Shown in pieces: positions 41,844-55,168 of a stretch of DNA of 64,000 bases. Every line of letters begins with the position of its first letter. The first letter of the stretch is position 1. The position numbers and the translations under genes were made by a program. Where the stretch lies: positions 744,001-808,000 of the forward strand of contig OZ218955.1 in NCBI GenBank assembly GCA_965112735.1, in the 5' to 3' direction. This DNA comes from Phaeosaccion multiseriatum. Lineage: Eukaryota > Protista > Ochrophyta, other classes. The notes beneath the pieces were generated by a model, which ran no database searches, had not been told where the DNA came from, and was given only the letters and a program-made list of their open reading frames with translations.

Positions 41844-42313
41844 CACATACATTAATCTCTAAACCGCTCCCTCGCTAACTCCCCCAACCACTTCATCCCT
41901 CACTCCCTCACTCCCTCACACTCTCACGCTGTGCTCAGGGCTCGGATCTGCGTGCTGTCAACGAAACAGGCTTGACCGCGATTCAGCTGGCCCCCGCCGG
42001 CAATGCCAAAGTGGACAAGGTGCGACCCCATGGCGGGACTTTGAGCTGAGCGGCCAAGTGAAGTGAAGGGACATGAAGACAGGAGCGTCCTCACTGCCCT
42101 GTGGCCTTCTCCTCCTTCTCGACAGCTCAGCGCACGGCTGCGAATATGTCGTTCATACTTCCACGCATTGCAGCTCTTTCTCTCCCTCCCTCCCCACGTC
42201 TCTAACCTCCTCCTCATCCTCCTCTCTGCCTTACTGCAGGCGCTCTCTGCGGCAATGGCGGCCCTCCGTGCCAAGGAGGAGGCGGAGGAGGCCGAAGAAG
42301 AAGCGCTGAGAAT

Positions 42314-42351
<38 letters not shown>

Positions 42352-42400
42352 CAGGAGGAGGAGGAGGGGGAGCAGCCGCAGCACCAGCAGCACCAGCACT

Positions 42401-42435
<35 letters not shown>

Positions 42436-42542
42436 GAGGAGGAGGAGCCACTAAAAAGGGGGCACTGAACTCTGGCGGGCTAAAGATGGGGGGGGGCACC
42501 AAGCCAAAGAAGCTCAAGATTACACTCAAGAAGAAGGCCTGA
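40671..42542 (+). CDS. Ankyrin-repeat protein (about 5 repeats) with Ala-rich/basic tail
   Basis: GRTPLYLAA, GRTALHVAS, GRVALHWAA, GETPLMWAV, GLTAIQLA. Exons about 40832-41118, 41574-41666, 41939-42019, 42240-42542. The start (MLPAAQ at 40671) is tentative. GC donor at 41667. Confidence 0.78.
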
Positions 42543-43700
42543 ATCACATCACGAATGAGCGCACGCCTAAGCCACCGAATCATTTGTGGGGCTCGTGGGG
42601 TGTAACCACCTCTACCAAGTACTTCTAGTAAGTACATGAATGGATGGCACGGCGCCAAGATGTGGGGGAGCCAAAAGCAGCAGCAGTACAAGGACTGTCG
42701 GACTGTCGGAGAACGCTTCAGCGACAAAGGCGCTCCTCGTCCTGTCCCACCACTGGTAACACTTGGGAGGCGACCGTCGAGGGGGGGGGGGGGATACCCA
42801 TTGCGGTGTACTTCCATCTTCAATCACCCTTTTGATTTCCAATCGAGGCGCCACACGACGCGGGCGAGAGTCAAGGTCGTATGCCACGGCGCCAAAGTGA
42901 CTGACGCCCATGAGTGGGTAGGCAGCTGTGTACCTGTCCGACGCTAGTGAAGCGAGGGAGGCGAGTCAAGGAAGCGACGACAACGGCAGGCACCAACGCC
43001 TTTCTGCTTGCCTGCCCGCTGGCCTGCCCATATGCCTGGTGCTCCTTTGGACTGGCTGGGAGGGGAATGAGGAGCCAGCTTGTTGGAGTGTGGACGTGAA
43101 GCAGCGCTGGAAGGCGAGGGATGAGCGGACTGAGAGGACTCATGCTACTGCACACACCGGACTTACTTATCCACAAGCAGGATGACAGAAAAGTGGGGCT
43201 AGATGGATACCCATTTCAGGGTAGTGAAGGACGAGAGAGACGAATGGGGTAAATGGGGTGCGTATTAAGTGTTTCTATTAAGACTACTTAAAACGCTAGG
43301 CTACAAATGCGTATGTGTACCCGTCCGAGAGTACACACACACACGAAGAGAAAGAGCGCCCCGGGATGGGGAATGCTTATGTACTGTTGGGGAGGGAGGA
43401 GCCCCTGCCCATATTTAATCCCTGTCTTCTTCCTCCTCTTTTATCTCATCTGTGTCCTATTCTACTGTATGTCTTAAGTGCTGTGCCGCTGCAGATAAGC
43501 GGGGCTCACGCTGACTCTTTCCATCCAAACAGTAGCGCACCACGCACGCACGCACGCACACGCAGAACCTTCCCTGTAGGATATATAAATGGGGCCGCAC
43601 CAACCGCCATTCGTGTCTTTTCCCTCTCCTCTTAACACACACCACATACCACGCCTGAATCGCCTTTCGCTGACTTAGTTCAGCATAGTGCTCCACTGAC

Positions 43701-45961
43701 TTAGTCCAGAAGAGTGGTCTTGACGATGAGGCCCGTCACCACGTAAGGATCCATGTTGGAGGAGGGCCTCCTGTCCTCAAAGTACCCCTTGCCATCCTTC
43801 TCCGCCGTTCGGGGGATGCGAATGGAGGCCCCTCGGTTGGCGACGCCGTACGAAAAGGCGTCCATCGAGGCGGTCTCGTGCTTGCCCGTCAGCCTGCGCT
43901 CGTTGCCCTCTCCGTAGGCGTCAATGTGCTCCTGGTGCTTCTTTCCGAGCTTCTCAATGGCCTCGATGATCTTGGCGTATCCGCCGTCCTCGCGCATAGC
44001 CTTGGTGGAAAAGTTGGTATGGCACCCTATGGGGGAGGGGGGGGGGGGGAGAGGAATTGGACACAGAGTAGAGATGGAGCGGTGGGGGGTGACGGCGGTT
44101 AGTTGCGGAGGATACGCCAGTCGTTTGTCACAAAAACGCCAGTCGTTCTCCTCCTCCCTTTCTCTTTCTTCTTTTTATTGACGGTTCCTTTCCTTTCTCT
44201 TCCTTCCTTCTCACTCACCTGCTCCGTTCCAGTCTCCCTCAATGGGCTTGGGGTCCAGGGACACAATCACTCCGAAGAGCTCGCACACACGGTACAAGAG
44301 GTAGCGAGACATCCACACCTCGTCCGCGCCGGCGATACCGACCGAGGGACCAATCTGGTACTCCCACTGACCGGGCATCACCTCTCCATTGACTCCCGAG
44401 ATCTGAAGGCCGGCGAAGAGGCAGGCCTTGTAGTGTGCCTCCATGATGTGTCGGCCGAAGGAGTTCTCCGTTCCGGCGGAGCAGTAGTACGGTCCCTGCT
44501 CACCGGGGTAGCCTCCCTTGGGCCAGCCTGTGGATGGAGGAGGAGGAGGAGGAGGAGGGAGCAGGGTAACATCAGTGAAAGTCCATTTGGGCCAGTACGC
44601 CACACATATGCACCAACGTGGTCCTCTCCTCTCCGGCCGTTCCTCTGGCACATCCCCATCATCCACCCACTCCACCGACTCCACTCACTCACCGAAGGGC
44701 GTCTTGCCGTCGGCCTCGAAGAGGGTGTACTCCTGCTCAATGCCCCACCAGCACTCCTGGTCCTCCACCTTGGCCATGGCCTCGGCACAGGCCACACGCG
44801 TGTTGTTGTCAATGGCGGTGCCATCGGGCTTGTAGCAGTCGCAGATGACGAGGAGGTTTTCTCCGCCACGGAAAGGGTCGGGGTAGTAGGCCTGGGGGCG
44901 GAGAATCACCTCCGAGTCATCTCCGGGGGCCTGGCCGGTGGAAGAGCCGTCGAAGTTCCACTCGGGGCTGTGGACGGTGGTGTGGTGTGGCGTGATGTGA
45001 TGTGATGCATACATGGAAATGGTGGGTTGAGTTGGAGGATATTGCATTGGAGGGGGGCAGGCGAGTGACAGAGAGATCGGGCGGGGTAGGGTGGTGTGTG
45101 CGTGTGTGTCGCGAGCTAAACAGTTACACCTCCCCTCTCCTCACACATCTCTTCCGCTCTCTTTCATCTCTTTGACCTCCTCCCAAACCCCTCTCCCCAG
45201 TATGTGAGTAAAGGGTATGAGGGACGGAAGTATTTGGTGTAAAAATTGTTCAGAGGGGAGGCCCAGCTCAGGAGCCCAAAAGGAGGGAGCCCCATCACCA
45301 GCAACGCCCCCTCCCCACCCCCCCCCCCCTCCCAAAAAAAAAAACCCGCATTACTACGCAGCCCATCGCCCACACCCAGTGCAGCCCTCTCCTCCTACGA
45401 TCATGCGTACTCCTCTCGGTTAGCACATGCGGGGCAATTCTATACGGTCTCCATGACACGCTCATGACAAAGAAAGGTCTGGCGCTCACTTTGAAACTCA
45501 TCACTTACAGGTCAGACGGCTTGGAGGGCTTCTTCACCAGGGTGCGAGTCTTGGAGCGCATGTCCTGGCCGGAGCCGCCAATCTGATCCGTGCAAATTGG
45601 GACGGGCGAGAGCAAGGTGAGGGAAGGGTTGGGTTAGGGAGGGCGAGAGGAGCCGAAAAACATTCTTGCATCGCTCAGCAACGCAAGGAACCAGCCCAAG
45701 ACTCAGCCCCTACTACACTGCGAACCATCTCATCCATGCATTCTACCACTCGGTTCCTCCCAGGTCGGCCCCACCAGCCGAAAGGAGGCTACAAACATGA
45801 GCTTTCTTTTCTTTTCGGGCTCGTATGAGTGGATCCTTTCGCAGCCTCATACTCACCCAAATGTACTCCGCCATGTACTTCCCCTTCTGGTCCAGGTCGA
45901 GGAAGCGACCAAGCACGGCATCGCTGAGGGCGGTCTGCTGAGTGAAGACAGGGTTGGACAT
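43701..45961 (-). CDS. GLN1: Glutamine synthetase type II (eukaryotic), no obvious targeting peptide
   Basis: Five exons: [118 protein letters not shown]. Confidence 0.97.
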
Positions 45962-46478
45962 GGTGGAGCTGTAACAAAGGATATATGGGTAATGGTCGAA
46001 TCTGGGGCCAAAGCCACGCCACACGATTTCCCAGGGGGGCGGGATGGCAGCTCATGGCGGCCGCTCAGGATACATGTATTCGACGACCCCCCCAAATCCA
46101 AAAAATTTAGAAATTAAGAAAGGGGGGGGGGGCTTTTAAGGCCGCTAGGCCGCTCGACAACCTTCGCCTATCTCTAGGCCGCTCACTTTTCAGTCCTAGG
46201 CAGCCTCCCGGTGGAGGGGGGGGGGTGGGTGGCTGGATGGGGCCGCCCAGTCCAGCCAGTGGAAGCAGCACGTGTGCAGGCATGAACACCTCGCAGGGCA
46301 GGCGAGGCGGAAAGAGACAACACGATCTTTTCCCTTGGTAGCTAGCTAGTCTTTTCAAAAAACAAAACAAAAACAGGGAAGGCCTTTTTCAAATGGGTCT
46401 ACGACTTCTGCAACTGCGCTGCATGACGAGCGACTGCCCTGTGCTACCTATGCCCCTGTCCTGCCATCTGTGATATGT

Positions 46479-47017
46479 CTATGACCTATGCACAACCCTA
46501 CTGGTGGGGGAGGGCAGGCCCGAGGCCCGAGGTGTGGGCAGCTTCCTTGCCCTACTTGGGCTCGGCAGCAGGACGGGGCTGCTCAAGCGGGCCAGGTTGG
46601 GAGGCGAAACGGCAGGCGAGTCCACCGTCATTGGCTCCTGACCCCCCTTCCCCTCCTGGCCCTGCTGCCCCTCGGGCTCCCACCTCTCCCACCGCCCCTT
46701 GTTCTGCTGCTTCTGCTGCTGCTCAGACTGCTGGGGCGAGAGAGGCAAGGTCGTGGAGGCCTGTCTCTCCCCCTTGGCCTGCTCCTCTCCCAGCACACCC
46801 ACCGCCTCCTCCCTCCGTTCTCCTCCACTCAGCGGGCCGGGAGCCGCTCCGCTGGGTGCTGCTGATGCTGCTGCTCCTGCTGCATCGTCTGCAGATTGGG
46901 CCTCTGCCCCTGGTGCTTCGTCATGGCCCACGGATGACGCCGCCAGCGAGCCTTCCGACGGGGTGTAGTATGGCGTTGTCTCTCCACTCCTGTCCGCACC
47001 TCCTCCTCCTCCTCCTC

Positions 47018-47048
<31 letters not shown>

Positions 47049-50000
47049 CTTTGCTGCCTCGACTGCATGACCTGAGCCAGCCCTAGCTCTGGCTCCAACA
47101 GGAGGCGCAGCATTTGCATTGGCGGCAGCACTTGCAGAACTTGCAGCAGCCGAGGCCCTTGAGTCTCTCCGGCGGCGTTCAGTACGCCCCCGCGCCACCT
47201 GGGAACACAACAACCATAACGACAATAACAGCAGCAACAGCAAAGAGGCCGTATCCATTTCGCAAGAAGAGTGTGAGAGAAGGAGGAACAGGCGGATAGG
47301 AGCGGGACGTACAAGATTCACGTGCTTCATTTCAAGTCTGGAGCGAGGAGACACATGACAAGGTATATAGCACCCTTCAGTCTCCCCCTCCCTCCTCCTC
47401 CTCCTCCTCCTCCTCCTCCTCCTCCTCGTCCTCCTCCTCCTCCACCTCCCCATCCACTGCCACGTTCCTCTCTCAACTCACTCAAAACTTACCATCATCT
47501 CCCTCTGAGCCTCCAGCTCCATCTTATCCACGGCCTGGTCCCAACAATTCCGCTTCGGCCGCCCCTGCCCCCCTGCGTCACCCGTGCCCGTACAGACGTG
47601 CAACGGCTCCTCCGGCAAGTGCGCAAGATGTGCAAGTTGACTCCGAAGCATCTTCAGACCCTCTCGCACGCGCTCGGCCTCTTCCGTTGCCTTTCTCTGT
47701 CGTGCAAGCTCAATCTCGTCCGAAGAAGTCCTGTTGTTTCCGCTGCTAGACGCACTGATACTGCCACTGCCTTGCTTGGCAGTACGAGCAGGCTCCGTAT
47801 CACCAACAGCATCATCTCCAGAGTTGGGACAAGATTTGTCGCCGTCCAGTCCCAAGTCCATTTCGTCTGCAGATCCGACGACTGGCACGGCACGGTCCAA
47901 ACCAGTGTCGTCCTTCTTCCCCTCCTTCTCCTCCGCCTTCCCCTCTGCCTCCTGCACCTTGAGCCACGCTTGATGCCCCACGTCTTTCCACTTGCTGCTG
48001 CTACGCCTCCTGAGCGAAGCCCCCCCTTCGCGTCTTTCGAGCGATCTATCATCACCTTCACTGCCGCTGACGCCGCCACCACCACCAGCAACACCAGTTG
48101 GTGATACTGATGATACAGCAGCTGCTGCGTCCACCCGCTCCTGCTGCACCTCCTCCTTCCTGTGGGAAGAAGTCGCAGCGTCGTCGTCAACGGCAATCGC
48201 AGGCTTCAATGCATTGCATGTGCCAATGCCAGTGCCAGTGTCACTGCGGTTGCTGCCCTTCCCAACAGGGGCGCCTGAACCAACCCGAGGCCGATGACTC
48301 CTCGGGGATGCGCCTGTTTCGCCGCCCTCCTCGTCGCTTGACACATCCTCTGCATTCAGCGCCTGCTTCACCTCCGCCTGAAGCCTCTTGGTCAGCTCGT
48401 GAAGCTTCACCCCGCGCTGCACGGCGTCGATCCCTTCCCTCTTCTTCAGGAAGCGGATGAGCTTCATGGCCTCTCCCCGATGCCAAATGGACCCCTCGAG
48501 CAACCCTCTCAGCCCTCCATACACTGACTCCACCTCCGTGCCTTTGCCCCCCCCTGCAAGACCCTCGTACCGTCGCACCACCTCACGCAGCGCCTCGCAA
48601 CTTGACGACACGGTAGCCTTCTTTTTGCTCCCCAGACCCTCTCCAAGCGAGACCCATGCCCCCGTCGCGCAGCTGCCGCCGTCCCCCCCTCCTTCGCCCT
48701 CCTCGCGTCCCCCTGTTCCTTTGTCCATCAACAGAAACACCACACTCATCGCCGAGGCTTTGGTAGCGGGCTCGCTGCTCGCCAGCGCCTTCTCCAGCAG
48801 TGCGGACACCATTGCATTGCTCTCCTCGCAAGACAGACCCCCCTCCCCAGCTGCAGTACTCGACGGGGGGTCTACGCCCCTCTGTTGGACGTACGCATCT
48901 GTGGCACCCACCGCCGCTAGCAAGGCAGCCTTGTTTACGTCCTTCAGCATGCCAGCCAGTAGAGGAGCGCTCACAGCCACACCGTCTCCACTACTGCTGC
49001 GCCCTCCGCCCCGCAAGAGAAGTTGCTTGACTTCTTCGTACGCTGCCAGACGCACCTTCCACGATCGGCTCTTTACTCGCGCTTCCAAGGGACCATCAGC
49101 ATCGACCCCGTCTCCTGCCTCTATTTGGGTATCACTTTGCCCATTCACCGCCGATGATAGAGCGCTTTGGTCTTGGTCCTTTACACCTGGTGAAGCCTCG
49201 TCTAATACCGTTCCGCCCCTCTTGGCTCCTCCTATTGGTCGATCTTCAATGGCAGGAACCTCTTCGGCCTGCACCACCACCTGACCTTGCCAGGCAGCGG
49301 CAGCCGCGTCAGCGTCCTCGGCCTCGTCGAGCAAGCTGCCCAGCTTGTTCTTGGAGCACACCCACCCGTCCTCCCGGCCCCCATACGCCACCCTCAACCA
49401 CTTGTCCTTGGTCTCCAGCACCCTCACCCAATCGCCCTTTGAGACCACTGCCAGCTCCATAGCGAAGGCGTCTGCCTCATCGCGAGCCTTCAGCGCCCCC
49501 CTTGCCCGCATGTATCTGAAGCCGTCTGAGGCCTTGGGCCCAACTCCTTCTTCCACAGGCTGCTCCTCCGCTCCCATGCTTTCCGTTCCTCCTCCCACAG
49601 GCTGCTCGTCCACTCCTATGCTCCCTCCTCCGCCTCCCCCCACAGGCTGCTCGTCTGCTCCCATCCTCTCTGCTCCTCCTCCTACCGGCTGCTCCTCCAC
49701 CCCCATGTCGCCAGCACCTCCTCCCACAGGCTGCTCGACCATTCCCATGCCCCCCATTCCCCCTCCGCCTTTGCCTCCTATTGGTCGATCTTCAATGGCA
49801 GGAACCTCTTCGGCCTGCACCACCACCTGACCTTGCCAGGCAGTGGCAGCCGCGTCAGCGTCCTCGGCCTCGTCGAGCAAGCTGCCCAGCTTGTTCTTGG
49901 AACACACCCACCCGTCCTCTCGGCCCCCATACGCCACCCTCAACCACTTGTCCTTGGTCTCCAGCACCCTCACCCAATCGCCCTTTGAGACCACTGCCAG

Positions 50001-53000
50001 CTCCATAGCGAAGGCGTCTGCCTCATCGCGAGCCTTCAGCGCCCCCCTTGCCCGCATGTATCTGAAGCCGTCTGAGGCCTTGGGCCCAACTCCTTCTTCC
50101 ACAGGCTGCTCCTCCGCTCCCATGCTTTCCGTTCCTCCTCCCCCAGGCTGCTCGTCCACTCCTATGCTCCCTCCTCCGCCTCCCCCCACAGGCTGCTCGT
50201 CTGCTCCCATCCTCCCTGCTCCTCCTCCTACCGGCTGCTCCTCCACCCCCATGCTGCCAGCACCTCCTCCCACAGGCTGCTCGGCCATTCCCATGCCCCC
50301 CCCTCCCCCTCCGCCTTTGCCTCCTATTGGTCGATCTTCAATGGCAGGAAGCTCTTCGGCCTGCACCACCACCTGACCTTGCCAGGCAGCGGCAGCCGCG
50401 TCAGCGTCCTCGGCCTCGTCGAGCAAGCTGCCCAGCTTGTTCTTGGAGCACACCCACCCGTCCTCCCGGCCCCCATACGCCACCCTCAACCACTTGTCCT
50501 TGGTCTCCAGCACCCTCACCCAATCGCCCTTTGAGACCACTGCCAGCTCCATAGCGAAGGCGTCTGCCTCATCGCGAGCTTTCAAGGCCCCCCTTGCCCG
50601 CATGTATCTGAAGCCGTCTGAGGCCATGGGTCCGAGGGCCGCTTCATCCCCCGTGGCATTCGCTGGCCCACTGGCTCCACTCCTTGCCCCCACCGGCTGC
50701 TCCTCCACTCCCATACTCCCTCCTCCTCCGCCTCCCACAGGCGGCTCGTCCATTCCCACCCTTCCAGCTGCTCCTCCTCCTCCCATCGGTTGCTCCTCAA
50801 CTCCCACGTTATCTCCTCCTCCTCCTCCTCCTCCTCCCATGCTGCCAGCCCCTCCTCCCACCTGCTGCTCCTCCATTCCCATACCCCCTCCTCCTCCTCC
50901 TCCTCCCACAGGCTGCTCGGCCACTCCTACATCCTCTACTCCCATACCCCCCCCTCCTCCTCCGCCTTTCCCTCCTATTGGTCGATCTTCAATGGCAGGA
51001 ACCTCTTCGGCCTGGACCACCACCTGACCTTGCCAGGCCGTGGCAGCAGCGTCAGCGTCCTCGGCCTCGTCGAGCAAGCTGCCCAGCTTGTTCTTGGAGC
51101 ACACCCACCCGTCCTCCCGGCCCCCATACGCCACCCTCAACCACTTGTCCTTGGTCTCCAGCACCCTCACCCAATCGCCCTTTGAGACCACTGCCAGCTC
51201 CATAGCGAAGGCGTCTGCCTCATCGCGAGCTTTCAAGGCCCCCCTTGTCCGCATATATCTGAAGCCGTCTGAGGCCATGGGTCCGAGGGCCGCTTCATCC
51301 CCCGTGGCACTCGCTGGCCCACTGGCTCCACTCCTTGCCCCCACCGGCTGCTCCTCCACTCCCATACTCCCTCCTCCTCCGCCTCCCACAGGCTGCCCGG
51401 CTACTCCCCTGCTCCCGGCCCCTCCTCCCACCGATTGCTCCTCCATTCCCATGCCCCCTGCTCCTCCTCCTCCCACTCGTTGCTCACTCACTCCCATGCT
51501 GCCTGCTCCTCCTCCCACAGGTTGCTCGTCCATCCCAACATGAGGACTGTTGGGTGCGTCCGTTGCCTGACCTTGCCAGGCCGTGGCAGCCGCGTCAGCG
51601 TCCTCGGCCTCGTCAAGTAGACTTCCCAGCTTGTTCTTAGAACACACCCACCCGTCCTCCCGGCCCCCATACGCCACCCTCAACCACTTGTCGTTGGTCT
51701 CCAGCACCCTCATCCAGTCACCTTTCTTCACCACTGTCAGCTCCATGCCGAAGGCGTCTGCTTCATCGCGAGCCTTAAGCGCCCCCCTTGCTCGTACGTA
51801 TCTGAAGCCGTCAGAAGCCGCAGGCCCAACGGGTGCTACTGTATCACCAACTCCGATGGCTGCCGGCGGACCTCCGGCAGTGGCCACTGCAGCAGCAGCC
51901 GGAAACCCTCCCTCGGCGGAAGAAAGTGGGGCAGTCGCAGAAGGACCCCCCATGCCACTTCCCCCACCGCCTCCCACCCTCTGCTCGTCTATGCCATCAG
52001 CTGCCATAGAGGCGGGTTGCTTCGTAGTCTGCCTCACCCATGCCGCCGCCGCCTCCTCCCCATCCTCTGCATCAGTCAGCAGTCGGCCGCGCTTGTTGCC
52101 AGTGAGCACCCAGCCCTTGTCCTCCTTTCCCTCCTGCACATCAGGGGCGAAGTGCACGTACTTGACGTATACCCAGTCGCCATTTGTTTCCAGTACCTGC
52201 ACGTACTCATTCCTACCCACCGTGCCCATTTCGTAGCCTTCGGCCTCGTCCCTGACCTTGAGGTTTCCAGAGGCCTGCATGTATCTGAAACCGTCAGAAG
52301 CGAAGCCCCCTACAGGGCCAGAGGATGCGAAGCTCTGCTGCTGCTGCGGTTGCTGTTGCTGCTGCGTCGCTGTATCACCAACTGCTGCTCTTGTGCCTAC
52401 CTTGTGAGCGTTACCCATGCTCGGGGCTTCCGCGGCGAGAGCGGCAGCAGCAGTCACCAAATCCTCTGCCGCTTGCTGCCACATGGCGGCTGCAACAGCA
52501 GAGTCTGGGAGAAGCTCCACCAGATTGCCATTTCGATTGGAGATTTTGGTCCAGCCGTCCTCCAGCCCCCCCTGCGAGACCTGGACGTACTCCCCGTTGT
52601 TCTGCAGGACCTTCAGTACGTCGCCTGGGCTCGCCACTCTGATCTCAACGCCTGTGAAGTCGGGCTCCTCCCTAATCTTCACGCCCGTACTGACGACCCT
52701 CATGTAGGTACTACCGTAGTCCACAGGCCCGGCTGCCATACCACCAACTGCTGGGGCTGCTGCCGGTACTGCTTGGTACTGCTGCTGTTGCTGCGGTGGT
52801 GGTGGTGGTGGTGGTGGGTCGGAAGCCGCCACGCCACCCCTCCCAGTACCCCTCTTCTTTGAGGTTGCTGCTACTGCTGCCTCTGCTGCCTGCTGCCACT
52901 GCATGGCCGCTGCTTGGACATCATGGGGGGCCACATTCTCCACCAGGTTCCCGACACGATTGGAGATTTTGGTCCAGCCATCCTCCAGCCCCCCCTGCGA

Positions 53001-55133
53001 GACCTGGACGTACTCCCCGTTGTTCTGCAGGACCTTCAGTACGTCGCCTGGGCTCACTACTCTGATCTCAACGCCTGTGAAGTCGGGCTCCTCCCTAATC
53101 TTCACGCCCGTACTGACGACCCTCATGTAGGTACTACCGTAGTCCACAGGCCCGGCTGCCATACCACCAACTGCTGGGGCTGCAGCCGGTACTGCTTGGT
53201 ACTGCTGCTGTTGCTGCTGCTGCGGTGGTGGTGGTGGTGGGTCGGAAGCCGCCACCCCACCCCTCCCAGTACCCCTCTTCTTTGAGGTTGCTGCTACTGC
53301 TGCCTCTGCCGCCTGCTGCCACTGCATGGCCGCTGCTTGGACATCATGGGGGGCCACATTCTCCACCAGATTCCCGACACGATTGGAGATTTTGGTCCAG
53401 CCGTCCTCCAGCCCCCCCTGCGTAATCTTGACGTACTCCCCGTTGTTCTGCAGGACCTTCAGTACGTCGCCTGGGCTCACTACTCTGATCTCAACGCCTG
53501 TGAAGTCGGGCTCCTCCCTTATCTTCACGCCCGTACTCACTACTCTCATGTAGGAGCTATTATAGTCGACAGGTCCCGTTGGTGGACCACCAACTGCTGG
53601 TGGTGCTTGGTACTGCTGCTGCTGCTGCTGCTGCTGTGGTGGTGGTTGTGGGGTGGCAGCCGTCACACCACCCCTCCCGCTACCCCTCTTCTTTGGCAGT
53701 GCAGCTACTGCCGCGTCTGCCGCCTGCTGCCACTGTCTGGCTGCTGCTGGAACATCATGGGGGGGCACCTCTTCCATCAGATTCCCGACACGATTGGAGA
53801 TTTTGGTCCAGCCGTCCTCCAGCCCCCCCTGCGAGACCTGGACGTACTCCCCGTTGTTCTGCAGCACTTTCACGATGTCTCCCTGCTCGATGGTTCGTAT
53901 CTCTACCCCAATGAAGTCGGGCTCCTCTCTAATCTTCACACCTGTGCTGACTGCAACCATGTACGCACTGTTCAGATCAACAGCAACAGCTGGCTGAGCC
54001 GGAGGTACCCCTCCCGCCACTGCAGGGGCAGCAGCAGAAGCAGACTGAGACGGAGGCGCAAGACCATTATTGACAGGGGGCGGTGCGTGTGTAGTCTGAA
54101 AGCCAGCGCTCCCATCCGCGGGCACAAGTATCTCGTGGGGAAGCATCGATGGCGCATTTGCCAGCCAAGCTTCTCTCCGCCCATCCCACAGCACACGTAG
54201 AAAGTCGCCTCTCCGACCCAGGATGGAAAACGGCAGGTTGCTTTGGACTGTGCTGATGACCTGCGGTTCAAGGAAAGGGGGAAGAGAGAGGGTGAAGGGG
54301 GGGAGGCGAAGGTCAAGTATGGTTTCGTCAGCAGATGGACGGAGCAGCACAAGAGAAGGAGAGGGCTTCTCCCTCTGTTGGCCTACAGGCGAAGAGAGAC
54401 TCCTTCGCGCCAGCCACAACCACCACCCCCCCTTAGTCTCCCACAACTTGCCTTGACACCACCGGACGTACCTCTCCAAACGCTGCATCTGGGGAAGCTC
54501 TCAGGTTCAGAGCGACACCCTGTGGCAGCTGCGGGTGTGCCCGATACTCCACCGCCTCGATGAATTTGAGTATCTGTGTGGCTCCGGCCCTGCTTAGCAT
54601 CCACACGCTCGGCTGTGAGGGGTGGAGGACCCTCAACCAGAGTTCGTTCTGTTCTACCACTTCGAACACCAACCCTTCCTCTGCTACAAACACTTCCACT
54701 TCGGAAGCGTCACCAAGTGGGGCGCTGCGCTTACGCAAGGAGCAGCCGAGGGGCAGGCCATCGCTGAGGGTGGCGAGGGTGGGGACGAAAGGGTGGAGGA
54801 GCGGAGTGTCCACACCAGGAGCCACCGTCAACATCCAGCCTTGGACAGTGGAGCTACTTGTGCCGGGGGCAGCAGCCGGGTCTGTGACTGCGTGTTTGAT
54901 GAAGATCCAGTCTCCCTGGATGGCTTTTTGAGGTGTGGGGGAAGGGGTTGGGTCGAGGGGAGGTGGGTGGGAGAGGGGAGCAAGGGAGGGAAGGAAGTGA
55001 CAAAAGAGCGAGAAAGAGAGGGGGGGTTCAAAGGGGTACCAGTGGGAAAGGAAAGAGCCTCGTAGTCAGAACTAAGTTCAAGGCTCCTTCTCAGCCCTAT
55101 GCACACACAGACACAGACACGCATGCACACAAA

Positions 55134-55168
<35 letters not shown>

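Noticed and set aside
42600-43200. Short ORFs and repeated CACGGCGCCAA (E2F-like GCGCCAAA)
   Set aside because: No recognisable protein; the motif is short and lies between convergent 3' ends, not in a promoter position.
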